In this document: piece by piece, positions 9,965 to 24,900 of the stretch | Numbering within the stretch: position 1 is the first letter of the stretch | Layout: every line of letters begins with the position of its first letter | From: the human T2T-CHM13v2.0 reference genome, Homo sapiens | DNA length: 64,000 bases | Strand: one strand, 5' to 3' | Assembly: GCF_009914755.1 (NCBI RefSeq) | Contig: NC_060928.1 | Translations under genes and position numbers: made by a program | Notes under the pieces: generated by a model | Told to the model about the DNA's origin: nothing | Databases searched by the model: none | Seen by the model: the letters and a program-made list of their open reading frames with translations, nothing else

Positions 9965-12900
9965 CATCCTCAGAAACTTATTTGTGATGTCTGTCCTCAA
10001 CTAACAGAGTTGAAACTTTGTTTTGATACAGCATTTTGGAAACACTCTTTTTGTAGAATCTGCAGGTGGATATTTGGATAGCTTAGAGGGATTCGTTGGA
10101 AAGGGGATATCTTCATATAAAATCTAGACAGAAGCATTCTCAGAAACTTATTTGTGATGTGTGTCCTCAACTAACAGAGTTGAACCTTGGTTTCGATACA
10201 GCATTTTGGAAACACTCCTTTTGTAGAATCTGCAGGTGGATATGTGGATAGCTCTGAAGATTTCGTTGGAAACGGGAATTTCTTCATATAAAATCAAACA
10301 GAAGCATTCTCAGAAACTTCTCAGTGATGTTTGCATTCAGCTCATGGAGTTGAACACTTCCTTTCATAGAGCCGGTTTGAAACACTCTTTCTGCACTACC
10401 TGGAAGAGGACATTTCGAGCGCTTTGAGTCCTATGGTGAAAAAGGAAATATCTTCTCATAAAAACCAGAAAGAAGCATTCTCAGAAACTTCTTTGTGTTG
10501 TGTGTACTCATGTAACAGTGTTGAACCATCCTTTTGACAGAGCAGTTTTGAAACACTCTTTTTGTAGAATCTGCAAGTGGATATTTGGATAGCTTTGAGG
10601 ATTTCGTTGGAAACGGGATGACATATAATATCTAGAGAGAAGCATTCTCAGGAACTTCTTTGTGATGTTTGCATTCAAGTCACAGAATTGAACATTCCCT
10701 TTCATAGAGCAGGTTTGAAACACTCTTTCTCTAGTATCTGGAAGTGGGCATTTCAAGCGCTTTCAGGCCTATGGAGAGAAAGGGAATACCTTCAAATAAA
10801 AACTAGACAGAAGCATTCTCAGAAACTTATTTGTGATGTGTGTCCTCAACTAACAGAGTTGAACCTTTGTTTTGATACAGCATTTTGGAAACACTCCTTT
10901 TGTAGAATCTGCAGGTGGATATTTGGATAGCTTTGAAGATTTCGTTGGAAACCGGAATATCTTCATATAAAATCAAGACAGAAGCATTCTCGGAAACATC
11001 TCTGTGATGTTTGCATTCAACTCAGTAGAGTTGAACACTTCCTTTCATAGAGCAGGTTTGAAACACTCTTTCTGCACTACCTGGAAGCGGACATTTCGAG
11101 CGCTTTGAGGCCTATGGTGAAAAAGGAAATATCTTCTCATAAAAACCAGAAAGAAGCATTCTCAGAAACTTCTTTGTGTTGTGTGTACTCAAGTAACAGT
11201 GTTGAACCTTCCTTTTGACACAGCAGTTTTGAAACACTCTTTTGGTAGAATCTGCAAGTGGATATTTGGATAGCTTTGAGGATTTCGTTGGAAACGGGTT
11301 ATCTTCATATAAAATCCAGACAGGAGCATTCTCAGAAACTTCTTTGTGCTGTATGTCCTCAATTCACAGAGCTGAACCTTTGTTTGGATACAGCATTTTG
11401 GAGACATTCCTTTAGTAGAATCTGCAAGTTGATATTTAGATAGCTTTGAAGATTTCGTTGGAAACGGGAATATCTTCATAGAAAATCTAGACGGAAGCAT
11501 TCTCAGAAACTGCTTTGTGATGTTTGCATTCAAGTCACAGAGTTGAATATTCCCTTTTATAGAGTAGGTTTGAAACACTCTTTCGGCACTACCTGGAAGT
11601 GGATATTTCGAGCTCTTTGAGGCCTATGGTTAAAAGGAAATATCTTCCCATAAAAACTAGACAGAAGCCGTCTCAGAAACTTGTTTGTGATGTGTGTATT
11701 CAACTACCAGAGTTGAACATTTCTGTTACAGAGCAATTTTAAAACACTCTTTTTGTGGAATCTGAAAGTGGATAATTGGATAGCTTTGTGGATTTCGTTG
11801 GAAACGGGATGACGTATAAAATCTAGAGAGAAGCATTCTCAGGAACTACTTTCTGATGTTTGCATTCAAGTCACAGAATTGAACATTCCTTTTCATAGTG
11901 CAGGTTTGAAACACTCTTTCTGTAGTATCTGCAAGTGGACATTTCAAGCGCTTTCAGGCCTACGGGGAGAAAGGAAATATCTTCAAATAAAAACTAGACA
12001 GAAGGATTCTCAGAAACTTATTTGTGATGAGTGTCCTAAACGAACACAGTTGAACCTTTGTTTTGATACAGCATTTTGGAAACACTCCTTTTGTAGGATC
12101 TGCAGGTGGATATTTGGATAGATTTTAAGATTTCGTTGGAAACGGGAGTTTCTTCATATAAACTCAAGACAGATGCATTCTCCGAAACTTCTCTGTGATG
12201 TTTGCATTCCACTCATAGAGTTGAAAACTTCCTTTCATAGAGCAGGTTTGAAACACTCTTTTTGTAATATTTGGAAGTGGACATTTGCAGCGCTTTGAGG
12301 CCTATGGTGAAAAAGGAAATATCTTCTCATAAAAACCAGAAACAAGCATTCTCAGAAACTTCTTTTTGATGTGTGTACTCAAGTAACAGAGTTGAACCTT
12401 CCTTTTGACACAGCAGTTTTGAAACAATCTTTTTGTAGAATATGCAAGTGGATATTTGGATAGCTTTGAGGATTTCGTTGGTAACGGGATATCTTCATAT
12501 AAAATCTAGACAGAAGCATTCTCAGAAACTTCTTTGTGCTGTATGTCCTCAATTAACAGAGTTGAACCATTGCTTGGATACAGCATTTTGGAAACATTCC
12601 TTTAGTAGAATCTGCAAGTTGATATTTAGATAGATTTGAAGATTTCGTTGGAAAAGGGAATATCTCCATAGAAAATCTAGAGGGAAGCATTCTCAGAAAC
12701 TGCTTTGTGATGTTTCCATTCAAGTCACAGAGTTGAATATTCCCTTTTATAGAGCACGTTTGAAACACTCTTTCTGCACTATCTGGAAGTGGACATTTCG
12801 AGCGCTTTGAGGCCTATGGTGAAAAAGGAAATATCTTCCCACAAAAACTACACAGAAGCATTCTCAGAAACTTGTTTGTGATGTGTGTATTCAACTAACG

Positions 12901-15900
12901 GAGTTGAACTTTTGTTTTTACAGAGCCGTTTTAAAACACTCTTTTTGTGGAATCAGAAAGTGGATATTCGGATGGCTCTGAGGATTTCGTTGGAAGCGGG
13001 ATTACATATAAAATCTAGAGAGAAGCATTCTCAGGAACTTCTTTGTGATGTTTGCATTGAAGTCACAGAATTGAACATTCACTTTGATAGAGCAGGTTTG
13101 AAACACTCATTCTGTAGTATCTGGAAGTGGACATTTCAAGCGCTTTCAGGCCTATGGTGAGAAAGGAAATATCTTCGAATAAAAACTAGACAGAAGCATC
13201 CTCAGAAACTTATTTGTGATGTGTGTCCTCAACTAACAGAGTTGAAACTTTGTTTTGATACAGCATTTTGGAAACACTCTTTTTGTAGAATCTGCAGGTG
13301 GATATTTGGATAGCTTAGAGGGATTCGTTGGAAAGGGGATATCTTCATATAAAATCTAGACAGAAGCATTCTCAGAAACTTATTTGTGATGTGTGTCCTC
13401 AACTAACAGAGTTGAACCTTGGTTTCGATACAGCATTTTGGAAACACTCCTTTTGTAGAATCTGCAGGTGGATATGTGGATAGCTCTGAAGATTTCGTTG
13501 GAAACGGGAATTTCTTCATATAAAATCAAACAGAAGCATTCTCAGAAACTTCTCAGTGATGTTTGCATTCAGCTCATGGAGTTGAACACTTCCTTTCATA
13601 GAGCCGGTTTGAAACACTCTTTCTGCACTACCTGGAAGAGGACATTTCGAGCGCTTTGAGTCCTATGGTGAAAAAGGAAATATCTTCTCATAAAAACCAG
13701 AAAGAAGCATTCTCAGAAACTTCTTTGTGTTGTGTGTACTCATGTAACATTGTTGAACCATCCTTTTGACAGAGCAGTTTTGAAACACTCTTTTTGTAGA
13801 ATATGCAAGTGGATATTTGGATAGCTTTGAGGATTTCGTTGGAAACGGGATGACATATAATATCTAGAGAGAAGCATTCTCAGGAACTTCTTTGTGATGT
13901 TTGCATTCAAGTCACAGAATTGAACATTCCCTTTCATAGAGCAGGTTTGAAACACTCTTTCTCTAGTATCTGGAAGTGGGCATTTCAAGCGCTTTCAGGC
14001 CTATGGAGAGAAAGGGAATACCTTCAAATAACAACTAGACAGAAGCATTCTCAGAAACTTATTTGTGATGTGTGTCCTCAACTAACAGAGTTGAACCTTT
14101 GTTTTGATACAGCATTTTGGAAACACTCCTTTTGTAGAATCTGCAGGTGGATATTTGGATAGCTTTGAAGATTTCGTTGGAAACCGGAATATCTTCATAT
14201 AAAATCAAGACAGAAGCATTCTCGGAAACATCTCTGTGATGTTTGCATTCAACTCAGTAGAGTTGAACACTTCCTTTCATAGAGCAGGTTTGAAACACTC
14301 TTTCTGCACTACCTGGAAGCAGACATTTCGAGCGCTTTGAGGCCTATGGTGAAAAAGGAAATATCTTCTCATAAAAACCAGAAAGAAGCATTCTCAGAAA
14401 CTTCTTTGTGTTGTGTGTACTCAAGTAACAGTGTTGAACCTTCCTTTTGACACAGCAGTTTTGAAACACTCTTTTGGTAGAATCTGCAAGTGGATATTTG
14501 GATAGCTTTGAGGATTTCGTTGGAAACGGGTTATCTTCATATAAAATCCAGACAGGAGCATTCTCAGAAACTTCTTTGTGCTGTATGTCCTCAATTCACA
14601 GAGCTGAACCTTTGTTTGGATACAGCATTTTGGAGACATTCCTTTAGTAGAATCTGCAAGTTGATATTTAGATAGCTTTGAAGATTTCGTTGGAAACGGG
14701 AATATCTTCATAGAAAATCTAGACGGAAGCATTCTCAGAAACTGCTTTGTGATGTTTGCATTCAAGTCACAGAGTTGAATATTCCCTTTTATAGAGTAGG
14801 TTTGAAACACTCTTTCGGCACTACCTGGAAGTGGATATTTCGAGCTCTTTGAGGCCTATGGTTAAAAGGAAATATCTTCCCATAAAAACTAGACAGAAGC
14901 CGTCTCAGAAACTTGTTTGTGATGTGTGTATTCAACTAACAGAGTTGAACATTTCTGTTACAGAGCAATTTTAAAACACTCTTTTTGTGGAATCTGAAAG
15001 TGGATAATTGGATAGCTTTGTGGATTTCGTTGGAAACGGGATGACGTATAAAATCTAGAGAGAAGCATTCTCAGGAACTTCTTTCTGATGTTTGCATTCA
15101 AGTCACAGAATTGAACATTCCTTTTCATAGTGCAGGTTTGAAACACTCTTTCTGTAGTATCTGGAAGTGGACATTTCAAGCGCTTTCAGGCCTACGGGGA
15201 GAAAGGAAATATCTTCAAATAAAAACTAGACAGAAGGATTCTCAGAAACTTATTTGTGATGTGTGTCCTAAACGAACACAGTTGAACCTTTGTTTTGATA
15301 CAGCATTTTGGAAACACTCCTTTTGTAGGATCTGCAGGTGGATATTTGGATAGATTTTAAGATTTCGTTGGAAACGGGAGTTTCTTCATATAAACTCAAG
15401 ACAGATGCATTCTCCGAAACTTCTCTGTGATGTTTGCATTCCACTCATAGAGTTGAAAACTTCCTTTCATAGAGCAGGTTTGAAACACTCTTTTTGTAAT
15501 ATTTGGAAGTGGACATTTGCAGCGCTTTGAGGCCTATGGTGAAAAAGGAAATATCTTCTCATAAAAACCAGAAACAAGCATTCTCAGAAACTTCTTTTTG
15601 ATGTGTGTACTCAAGTAACAGAGTTGAACCTTCCTTTTGACACAGCAGTTTTGAAACAATCTTTTTGTAGAATCTGCAAGTGGATATTTGGATAGCATTG
15701 AGGATTTCGTTGGAAACGGGATATCTTCATATAAAATCTAGACAGAAGCATTCTCAGAAACTTCTTTGTGCTGTATGTCCTCAATTAACAGAGTTGAACC
15801 ATTGCTTGGATACAGCATTTTGGAAACATTCCTTTAGTAGAATCTGCAAGTTGATATTTAGATAGATTTGAAGATTTCGTTGGAAAAGGGAATATCTCCA

Positions 15901-18900
15901 TAGAAAATCTAGAGGGAAGCATTCTCAGAAACTGCTTTGTGATGTTTCCATTCAAGTCACAGAGTTGAATATTCCCTTTTATAGAGCACGTTTGAAACAC
16001 TCTTTCTGCACTATCTGGAAGTGGACATTTCGAGCGCTTTGAGGCCTATGGTGAAAAAGGAAATATCTTCCCACAAAAACTAGACAGAAGCATTCTCAGA
16101 AACTTGTTTGTGATGTGTGTATTCAACTAACGGAGTTGAACTTTTGTTTTTACAGAGCCGTTTTAAAACACTCTTTTTGTGGAATCAGAAAGTGGATATT
16201 CAGATGGCTCTGAGGATTTCGTTGGAAGCGGGATTACATATAAAATCTAGAGAGAAGCATTCTCAGGAACTTCTTTGTGATGTTTGCATTGAAGTCACAG
16301 AATTGAACATTCACTTTGATAGAGCAGGTTTGAAACACTCATTCTGTAGTATCTGGAAGTGGACATTTCAAGCGCTTTCAGGCCTATGGTGAGAAAGGAA
16401 ATATCTTCGAATAAAAACTAGACAGAAGCATCCTCAGAAACTTATTTGTGATGTGTGTCCTCAACTAACAGAGTTGAAACTTTGTTTTGATACAGCATTT
16501 TGGAAACACTCTTTTTGTAGAATCTGCAGGTGGATATTTGGATAGCTTAGAGGGATTCGTTGGAAAGGGGATATCTTCATATAAAATCTAGACAGAAGCA
16601 TTCTCAGAAACTTATTTGTGATGTGTGTCCTCAACTAACAGAGTTGAACCTTGGTTTCGATACAGCATTTTGGAAACACTCCTTTTGTAGAATCTGCAGG
16701 TGGATATGTGGATAGCTCTGAAGATTTCGTTGGAAACGGGAATTTCTTCATATAAAATCAAACAGAAGCATTCTCAGAAACTTCTCAGTGATGTTTGCAT
16801 TCAGCTCATGGAGTTGAACACTTCCTTTCATAGAGCCGGTTTGAAACACTCTTTCTGCACTACCTGGAAGAGGACATTTCGAGCGCTTTGAGTCCTATGG
16901 TGAAAAAGGAAATATCTTCTCATAAAAACCAGAAAGAAGCATTCTCAGAAACTTCTTTGTGTTGTGTGTACTCATGTAACAGTGTTGAACCATCCTTTTG
17001 ACAGAGCAGTTTTGAAACACTCTTTTTGTAGAATCTGCAAGTGGATATTTGGATAGCTTTGAGGATTTCGTTGGAAACGGGATGACATATAATATCTAGA
17101 GAGAAGCATTCTCAGGAACTTCTTTGTGATGTTTGCATTCAAGTCACAGAATTGAACATTCCCTTTCATAGAGCAGGTTTGAAACACTCTTTCTCTAGTA
17201 TCTGGAAGTGGGCATTTCAAGCGCTTTCAGGCCTATGGAGAGAAAGGGAATACCTTCAAATAAAAACTAGACAGAAGCATTCTCAGAAACTTATTTGTGA
17301 TGTGTGTCCTCAACTAACAGAGTTGAACCTTTGTTTTGATACAGCATTTTGGAAACACTCCTTTTGTAGAATCTGCAGGTGGATATTTGGATAGCTTTGA
17401 AGATTTCGTTGGAAACCGGAATATCTTCATATAAAATCAAGACAGAAGCATTCTCGGAAACATCTCTGTGATGTTTGCATTCAACTCAGTAGAGTTGAAC
17501 ACTTCCTTTCATAGAGCAGGTTTGAAACACTCTTTCTGCACTACCAGGAAGCGGACATTTCGAGCGCTTTGAGGCCTATGGTGAAAAAGGAAATATCTTC
17601 TCATAAAAACCAGAAAGAAGCATTCTCAGAAACTTCTTTGTGTTGTGTGTACTCAAGTAACAGTGTTGAACCTTCCTTTTGACACAGCAGTTTTGAAACA
17701 CTCTTTTGGTAGAATCTGCAAGTGGATATTTGGATAGCTTTGAGGATTTCGTTGGAAACGGGTTATCTTCATATAAAATGCAGACAGGAGCATTCTCAGA
17801 AACTTCTTTGTGCTGTATGTCCTCAATTCACAGAGCTGAACCTTTGTTTGGATGCAGCATTTTGGAGACATTCCTTTAGTAGAATCTGCAAGTTGATATT
17901 TAGATAGCTTTGAAGATTTCGTTGGAAACGGGAATATCTTCATAGAAAATCTAGACGGAAGCATTCTCAGAAACTGCTTTGTGATGTTTGCATTCAAGTC
18001 ACAGAGTTGAATATTCCCTTTTATAGAATAGGTTTGAAACACTCTTTCGGCACTACCTGGAAGTGGATATTTCGAGCTCTTTGAGGCCTATGGTTAAAAG
18101 GAAATATCTTCCCATAAAAACTAGACAGAAGCCGTCTCAGAAACTTGTTTGTGATGTGTGTATTCAACTAACAGAGTTGAACATTTCTGTTACAGAGCAA
18201 TTTTAAAACACTCTTTTTGTGGAATCTGAAAGTGGATAATTGGATAGCTTTGTGGATTTCGTTGGAAACGGGATGACGTATAAAATCTAGAGAGAAGCAT
18301 TCTCAGGAACTTCTTTCTGATGTTTGCATTCAAGTCACAGAATTGAACATTCCTTTTCATAGTGCAGGTTTGAAACACTCTTTCTGTAGTATCTGGAAGT
18401 GGACATTTCAAGCGCTTTCAGGCCTACGGGGAGAAAGGAAATATCTTCAAATAAAAACTAGACAGAAGGATTCTCAGAAACTTATTTGTGATGTGTGTCC
18501 TAAACGAACACAGTTGAACCTTTGTTTTGATACAGCATTTTGGAAACACTCCTTTTGTAGGATCTGCAGGTGGATATTTGGATAGATTTTAAGATTTCGT
18601 TGGAAACGGGAGTTTCTTCATATAAACTCAAGACAGATGCATTCTCCGAAACTTCTCTGTGATGTTTGCATTCCACTCATAGAGTTGAAAACTTCCTTTC
18701 ATAGAGCAGGTTTGAAACACTCTTTTTGTAATATTTGGAAGTGGACATTTGCAGCGCTTTGAGGCCTATGGTGAAAAAGGAAATATCTTCTCATAAAAAC
18801 CAGAAACAAGCATTCTCAGAAACTTCTTTTTGATGTGTGTACTCAAGTAACAGAGTTGAACCTTCCTTTTGACACAGCAGTTTTGAAACAATCTTTTTGT

Positions 18901-21900
18901 AGAATCTGCAAGTGGATATTTGGATAGCATTGAGGATTTCGTTGGAAACGGGATATCTTCATATAAAATCTAGACAGAAGCATTCTCAGAAACTTCTTTG
19001 TGCTGTATGTCCTCAATTAACAGAGTTGAACCATTGCTTGGATACAGCATTTTGGAAACATTCCTTTAGTAGAATCTGCAAGTTGATATTTAGATAGATT
19101 TGAAGATTTCGTTGGAAAAGGGAATATCTCCATAGAAAATCTAGAGGGAAGCATTCTCAGAAACTGCTTTGTGATGTTTCCATTCAAGTCACAGAGTTGA
19201 ATATTCCCTTTTATAGAGCACGTTTGAAACACTCTTTCTGCACTATCTGGAAGTGGACATTTCGAGCGCTTTGAGGCCTATGGTGAAAAAGGAAATATCT
19301 TCCCACAAAAACTAGACAGAAGCATTCTCAGAAACTTGTTTGTGATGTGTGTATTCAACTAACGGAGTTGAACTTTTGTTTTTACAGAGCCGTTTTAAAA
19401 CACTCTTTTTGTGGAATCAGAAAGTGGATATTCAGATGGCTCTGAGGATTTCGTTGGAAGCGGGATTACATATAAAATCTAGAGAGAAGCATTCTCAGGA
19501 ACTTCTTTGTGATGTTTGCATTGAAGTCACAGAATTGAACATTCACTTTGATAGAGCAGGTTTGAAACACTCATTCTGTAGTATCTGGAAGTGGACATTT
19601 CAAGCGCTTTCAGGCCTATGGTGAGAAAGGAAATATCTTCGAATAAAAACTAGACAGAAGCATCCTCAGAAACTTATTTGTGATGTGTGTCCTCAACTAA
19701 CAGAGTTGAAACTTTGTTTTGATACAGCATTTTGGAAACACTCTTTTTGTAGAATCTGCAGGTGGATATTTGGATAGCTTAGAGGGATTCGTTGGAAAGG
19801 GGATATCTTCATATAAAATCTAGACAGAAGCATTCTCAGAAACTTATTTGTGATGTGTGTCCTCAACTAACAGAGTTGAACCTTGGTTTCGATACAGCAT
19901 TTTGGAAACACTCCTTTTGTAGAATCTGCAGGTGGATATGTGGATAGCTCTGAAGATTTCGTTGGAAACGGGAATTTCTTCATATAAAATCAAACAGAAG
20001 CATTCTCAGAAACTTCTCAGTGATGTTTGCATTCAGCTCATGGAGTTGAACACTTCCTTTCATAGAGCCGGTTTGAAACACTCTTTCTGCACTACCTGGA
20101 AGAGGACATTTCGAGCGCTTTGAGTCCTATGGTGAAAAAGGAAATATCTTCTCATAAAAACCAGAAAGAAGCATTCTCAGAAACTTCTTTGTGTTGTGTG
20201 TACTCATGTAACAGTGTTGAACCATCCTTTTGACAGAGCAGTTTTGAAACACTCTTTTTGTAGAATCTGCAAGTGGATATTTGGATAGCTTTGAGGATTT
20301 CGTTGGAAACGGGATGACATATAATATCTAGAGAGAAGCATTCTCAGGAACTTCTTTGTGATGTTTGCATTCAAGTCACAGAATTGAACATTCCCTTTCA
20401 TAGAGCAGGTTTGAAACACTCTTTCTCTAGTATCTGGAAGTGGGCATTTCAAGCGCTTTCAGGCCTATGGAGAGAAAGGGAATACCTTCAAATAAAAACT
20501 AGACAGAAGCATTCTCAGAAACTTATTTGTGATGTGTGTCCTCAACTAACAGAGTTGAACCTTTGTTTTGATACAGCATTTTGGAAACACTCCTTTTGTA
20601 GAATCTGCAGGTGGATATTTGGATAGCTTTGAAGATTTCGTTGGAAACCGGAATATCTTCATATAAAATCAAGACAGAAGCATTCTCGGAAACATCTCTG
20701 TGATGTTTGCATTCAACTCAGTAGAGTTGAACACTTCCTTTCATAGAGCAGGTTTGAAACACTCTTTCTGCACTACCAGGAAGCGGACATTTCGAGCGCT
20801 TTGAGGCCTATGGTGAAAAAGGAAATATCTTCTCATAAAAACCAGAAAGAAGCATTCTCAGAAACTTCTTTGTGTTGTGTGTACTCAAGTAACAGTGTTG
20901 AACCTTCCTTTTGACACAGCAGTTTTGAAACACTCTTTTGGTAGAATCTGCAAGTGGATATTTGGATAGCTTTGAGGATTTCGTTGGAAACGGGTTATCT
21001 TCATATAAAATGCAGACAGGAGCATTCTCAGAAACTTCTTTGTGCTGTATGTCCTCAATTCACAGAGCTGAACCTTTGTTTGGATGCAGCATTTTGGAGA
21101 CATTCCTTTAGTAGAATCTGCAAGTTGATATTTAGATAGCTTTGAAGATTTCGTTGGAAACGGGAATATCTTCATAGAAAATCTAGACGGAAGCATTCTC
21201 AGAAACTGCTTTGTGATGTTTGCATTCAAGTCACAGAGTTGAATATTCCCTTTTATAGAATAGGTTTGAAACACTCTTTCGGCACTACCTGGAAGTGGAT
21301 ATTTCGAGCTCTTTGAGGCCTATGGTTAAAAGGAAATATCTTCCCATAAAAACTAGACAGAAGCCGTCTCAGAAACTTGTTTGTGATGTGTGTATTCAAC
21401 TAACAGAGTTGAACATTTCTGTTACAGAGCAATTTTAAAACACTCTTTTTGTGGAATCTGAAAGTGGATAATTGGATAGCTTTGTGGATTTCGTTGGAAA
21501 CGGGATGACGTATAAAATCTAGAGAGAAGCATTCTCAGGAACTTCTTTCTGATGTTTGCATTCAAGTCACAGAATTGAACATTCCTTTTCATAGTGCAGG
21601 TTTGAAACACTCTTTCTGTAGTATCTGGAAGTGGACATTTCAAGCGCTTTCAGGCCTACGGGGAGAAAGGAAATATCTTCAAATAAAAACTAGACAGAAG
21701 GATTCTCAGAAACTTATTTGTGATGTGTGTCCTAAACGAACACAGTTGAACCTTTGTTTTGATACAGCATTTTGGAAACACTCCTTTTGTAGGATCTGCA
21801 GGTGGATATTTGGATAGATTTTAAGATTTCGTTGGAAACGGGAGTTTCTTCATAGAAACTCAAGACAGATGCATTCTCAGAAACATCTCTGTGATGTTTG

Positions 21901-24900
21901 CATTCCACTCATAGAGTTGAAAACTTCCTTTCATAGAGCAGGTTTGAAACACTCTTTTTGTAATATTTGGAAGTGGACATTTGCAGCGCTTTGAGGCCTA
22001 TGGTGAAAAAGGAAATATCTTCTCATAAAAACCAGAAACAAGCATTCTCAGAAACTTCTTTTTGATGTGTGTACTCAAGTAACAGAGTTGAACCTTCCTT
22101 TTGACACAGCAGTTTTGAAACAATCTTTTTGTAGAATCTGCAAGTGGATATTTGGATAGCTTTGAGGATTTCGTTGGAAACGGGATATCTTCATATAAAA
22201 TCTAGACAGAAGCATTCTCAGAAACTTCTTTGTGCTGTATGTCCTCAATTAACAGAGTTGAACCATTGCTTGGATACAGCATTTTGGAAACATTCCTTGA
22301 GTAGAATCTGCAAGTTGATATTTAGATAGATTTGAAGATTTCGTTGGAAAAGGGAATATCTCCATAGAAAATCTAGAGGGAAGCATTCTCAGAAACTGCT
22401 TTGTGATGTTTCCATTCAAGTCACAGAGTTGAATATTCCCTTTTATAGAGCACGTTTGAAACACTCTTTCTGCACTATCTGGAAGTGGACATTTCGAGCG
22501 CTTTGAGGCCTATGGTGAAAAAGGAAATATCTTCCCATAAAAACTAGACAGAAGCATTCTCAGAAACTTGTTTGTGATGTGTGTATTCAACTAACAGAGT
22601 TGAACTTTTGTTTTTACAGAGCCGTTTTAAAACACTCTTTTTGTGGAATCAGAAAGTGGATATTCGGATGGCTCTGAGGATTTCGTTGGAAGCGGGATTA
22701 CATATAAAATCCAGAGAGAAGCATTCTCAGGAACTTCTTTGTGATGTTTGCATTGAAGTCACAGAATTGAACATTCACTTTGATAGAGCAGGTTTGAAAC
22801 ACTCATTCTGTAGTATCTGGAAGTGGACATTTCAAGCGCTTTCAGGCCTATGGTGAGAAAGGAAATATCTTCGAATAAAAACTAGACAGAAGCATCCTCA
22901 GAAACTTATTTGTGATGTGTGTCCTCAACTAACCGAGTTGAAACTTTGTTTTGATACAGCATTTTGGAAACACTCTTTTTGTAGAATCTGCAGGTGGATA
23001 TTTGGATAGCTTAGAGGGATTTGTTGGAAAGGGGATATCTTCATATAAAATCTAGACAGAAGCATTCTCAGAAACTTATTTGTGATGTGTGTCCTCAACT
23101 AACAGAGTTGAACCTTGGTTTTGATACAGCATTTTGGAAACACTCCTTTTGTAGAATCTGCAGGTGGATATGTGGATAGCTCTGAAGATTTCGTTGGAAA
23201 CGGGAATTTCTTCATATAAAATCAAACAGAAGCATTCTCAGAAACTTCTCAGTGATGTTTGCATTCAGCTCATGGAGTTGAACACTTCCTTTCATAGAGC
23301 CAGTTTGAAACACTCTTTCTGCACTACCTGGAAGAGGACATTTCGAGCGCTTTGAGTCCTATGGTGAAAAAGGAAATATCTTCTCATAAAAACCAGAAAG
23401 AAGCATTCTCAGAAACTTCTTTGTGTTGTGTGTACTCATGTAACAGTGTTGAACCATCCTTTTGACAGAGCAGTTTTGAAACACTCTTTTTGTAGAATCT
23501 GCAAGTGGATATTTGGATAGCTTTGAGGATTTCGTTGGAAACGGGATGACATATAATATCTAGAGAGAAGCATTCTCAGGAACTTCTTTGTGATGTTTGC
23601 ATTCAAGTCACAGAATTGAACATTCCCTTTCATAGAGCAGGTTTGAAACACTCTTTCTCTAGTATCTGGAAGTGGGCATTTCAAGCGCTTTCAGGCCTAT
23701 GGAGAGAAAGGGAATACCTTCAAATAAAAACTAGACAGAAGCATTCTCAGAAACATATTTGTGATGTGTGTCCTCAACTAACAGAGTTGAACCTTTGTTT
23801 TGATACAGCATTTTGGAAACACTCCTTTGGTAGAATCTGCAGGTGGATATTTGGATAGCTTTGAAGATTTCGTTGGAAACCGGAATATCTTCATATAAAA
23901 TCAAGACAGAAGCATTCTCGGAAACAGCTCTGTGATGTTTGCATTCAACTCAGTAGAGTTGAACACTTCCTTTCATAGAGCAGGTTTGAAACACTCTTTC
24001 TGCACTACCTGGAAGCGGACATTTCGAGCGCTTTGAGGCCTATGGTGAAAAAGGAAATATCTTCTCATAAAAACCAGAAAGAAGCATTCTCAGAAACTTC
24101 TTTGTGTTGTGTGTACTCAAGTAACAGTGTTGAACCTTCCTTTTGACAGAGCAGTTTTGAAACACTCTTTTGGTAGAATCTGCAAGTGGATATTTGGAGA
24201 GCTTTGAGGATTTCGTTGGAAACGGGTTATCTTCATATAAAATCCAGACAGGAGCATTCTCAGAAACTTCTTTGTGCTGTATGTCCTCAATTCACAGAGC
24301 TGAACCTTTGTTTGGATACAGCATTTTGGAGACATTCCTTTAGTAGAATCTGCAAGTTGATATTTAGATAGCTTTGAAGATTTCGTTGGAAACGGGAATA
24401 TCTTCATAGAAAATCTAGACGGAAGCATTCTCAGAAACTGCTTTGTGATGTTTGCATTCAAGTCACAGAGTTGAATATTCCCTTTTATAGAGTAGGTTTG
24501 AAACACTCTTTCGGCACTACCTGGAAGTGGATATTTCGAGCTCTTTGAGGCCTATGGTTAAAAGGAAATATCTTCCCATAAAAACTAGACAGAAGCCGTC
24601 TCAGAAACTTGTTTGTGATGTGTGTATTCAACTAACAGAGTTGAACATTTCTGTTACAGAGCAATTTTAAAACACTCTTTTTGTGGAATCTGAAAGTGGA
24701 TAATTGGATAGCTTTGTGGATTTCGTTGGAAACGGGATGACGTATAAAATCTAGAGAGAAGCATTCTCAGGAACTTCTTTCTGATGTTTGCATTCAAGTC
24801 ACAGAATTGAACATTCCTTTTCATAGTGCAGGTTTGAAACACTCTTTCTGTAGTATCTGGAAGTGGACATTTCAAGCGCTTTCAGGCCTACGGGGAGAAA

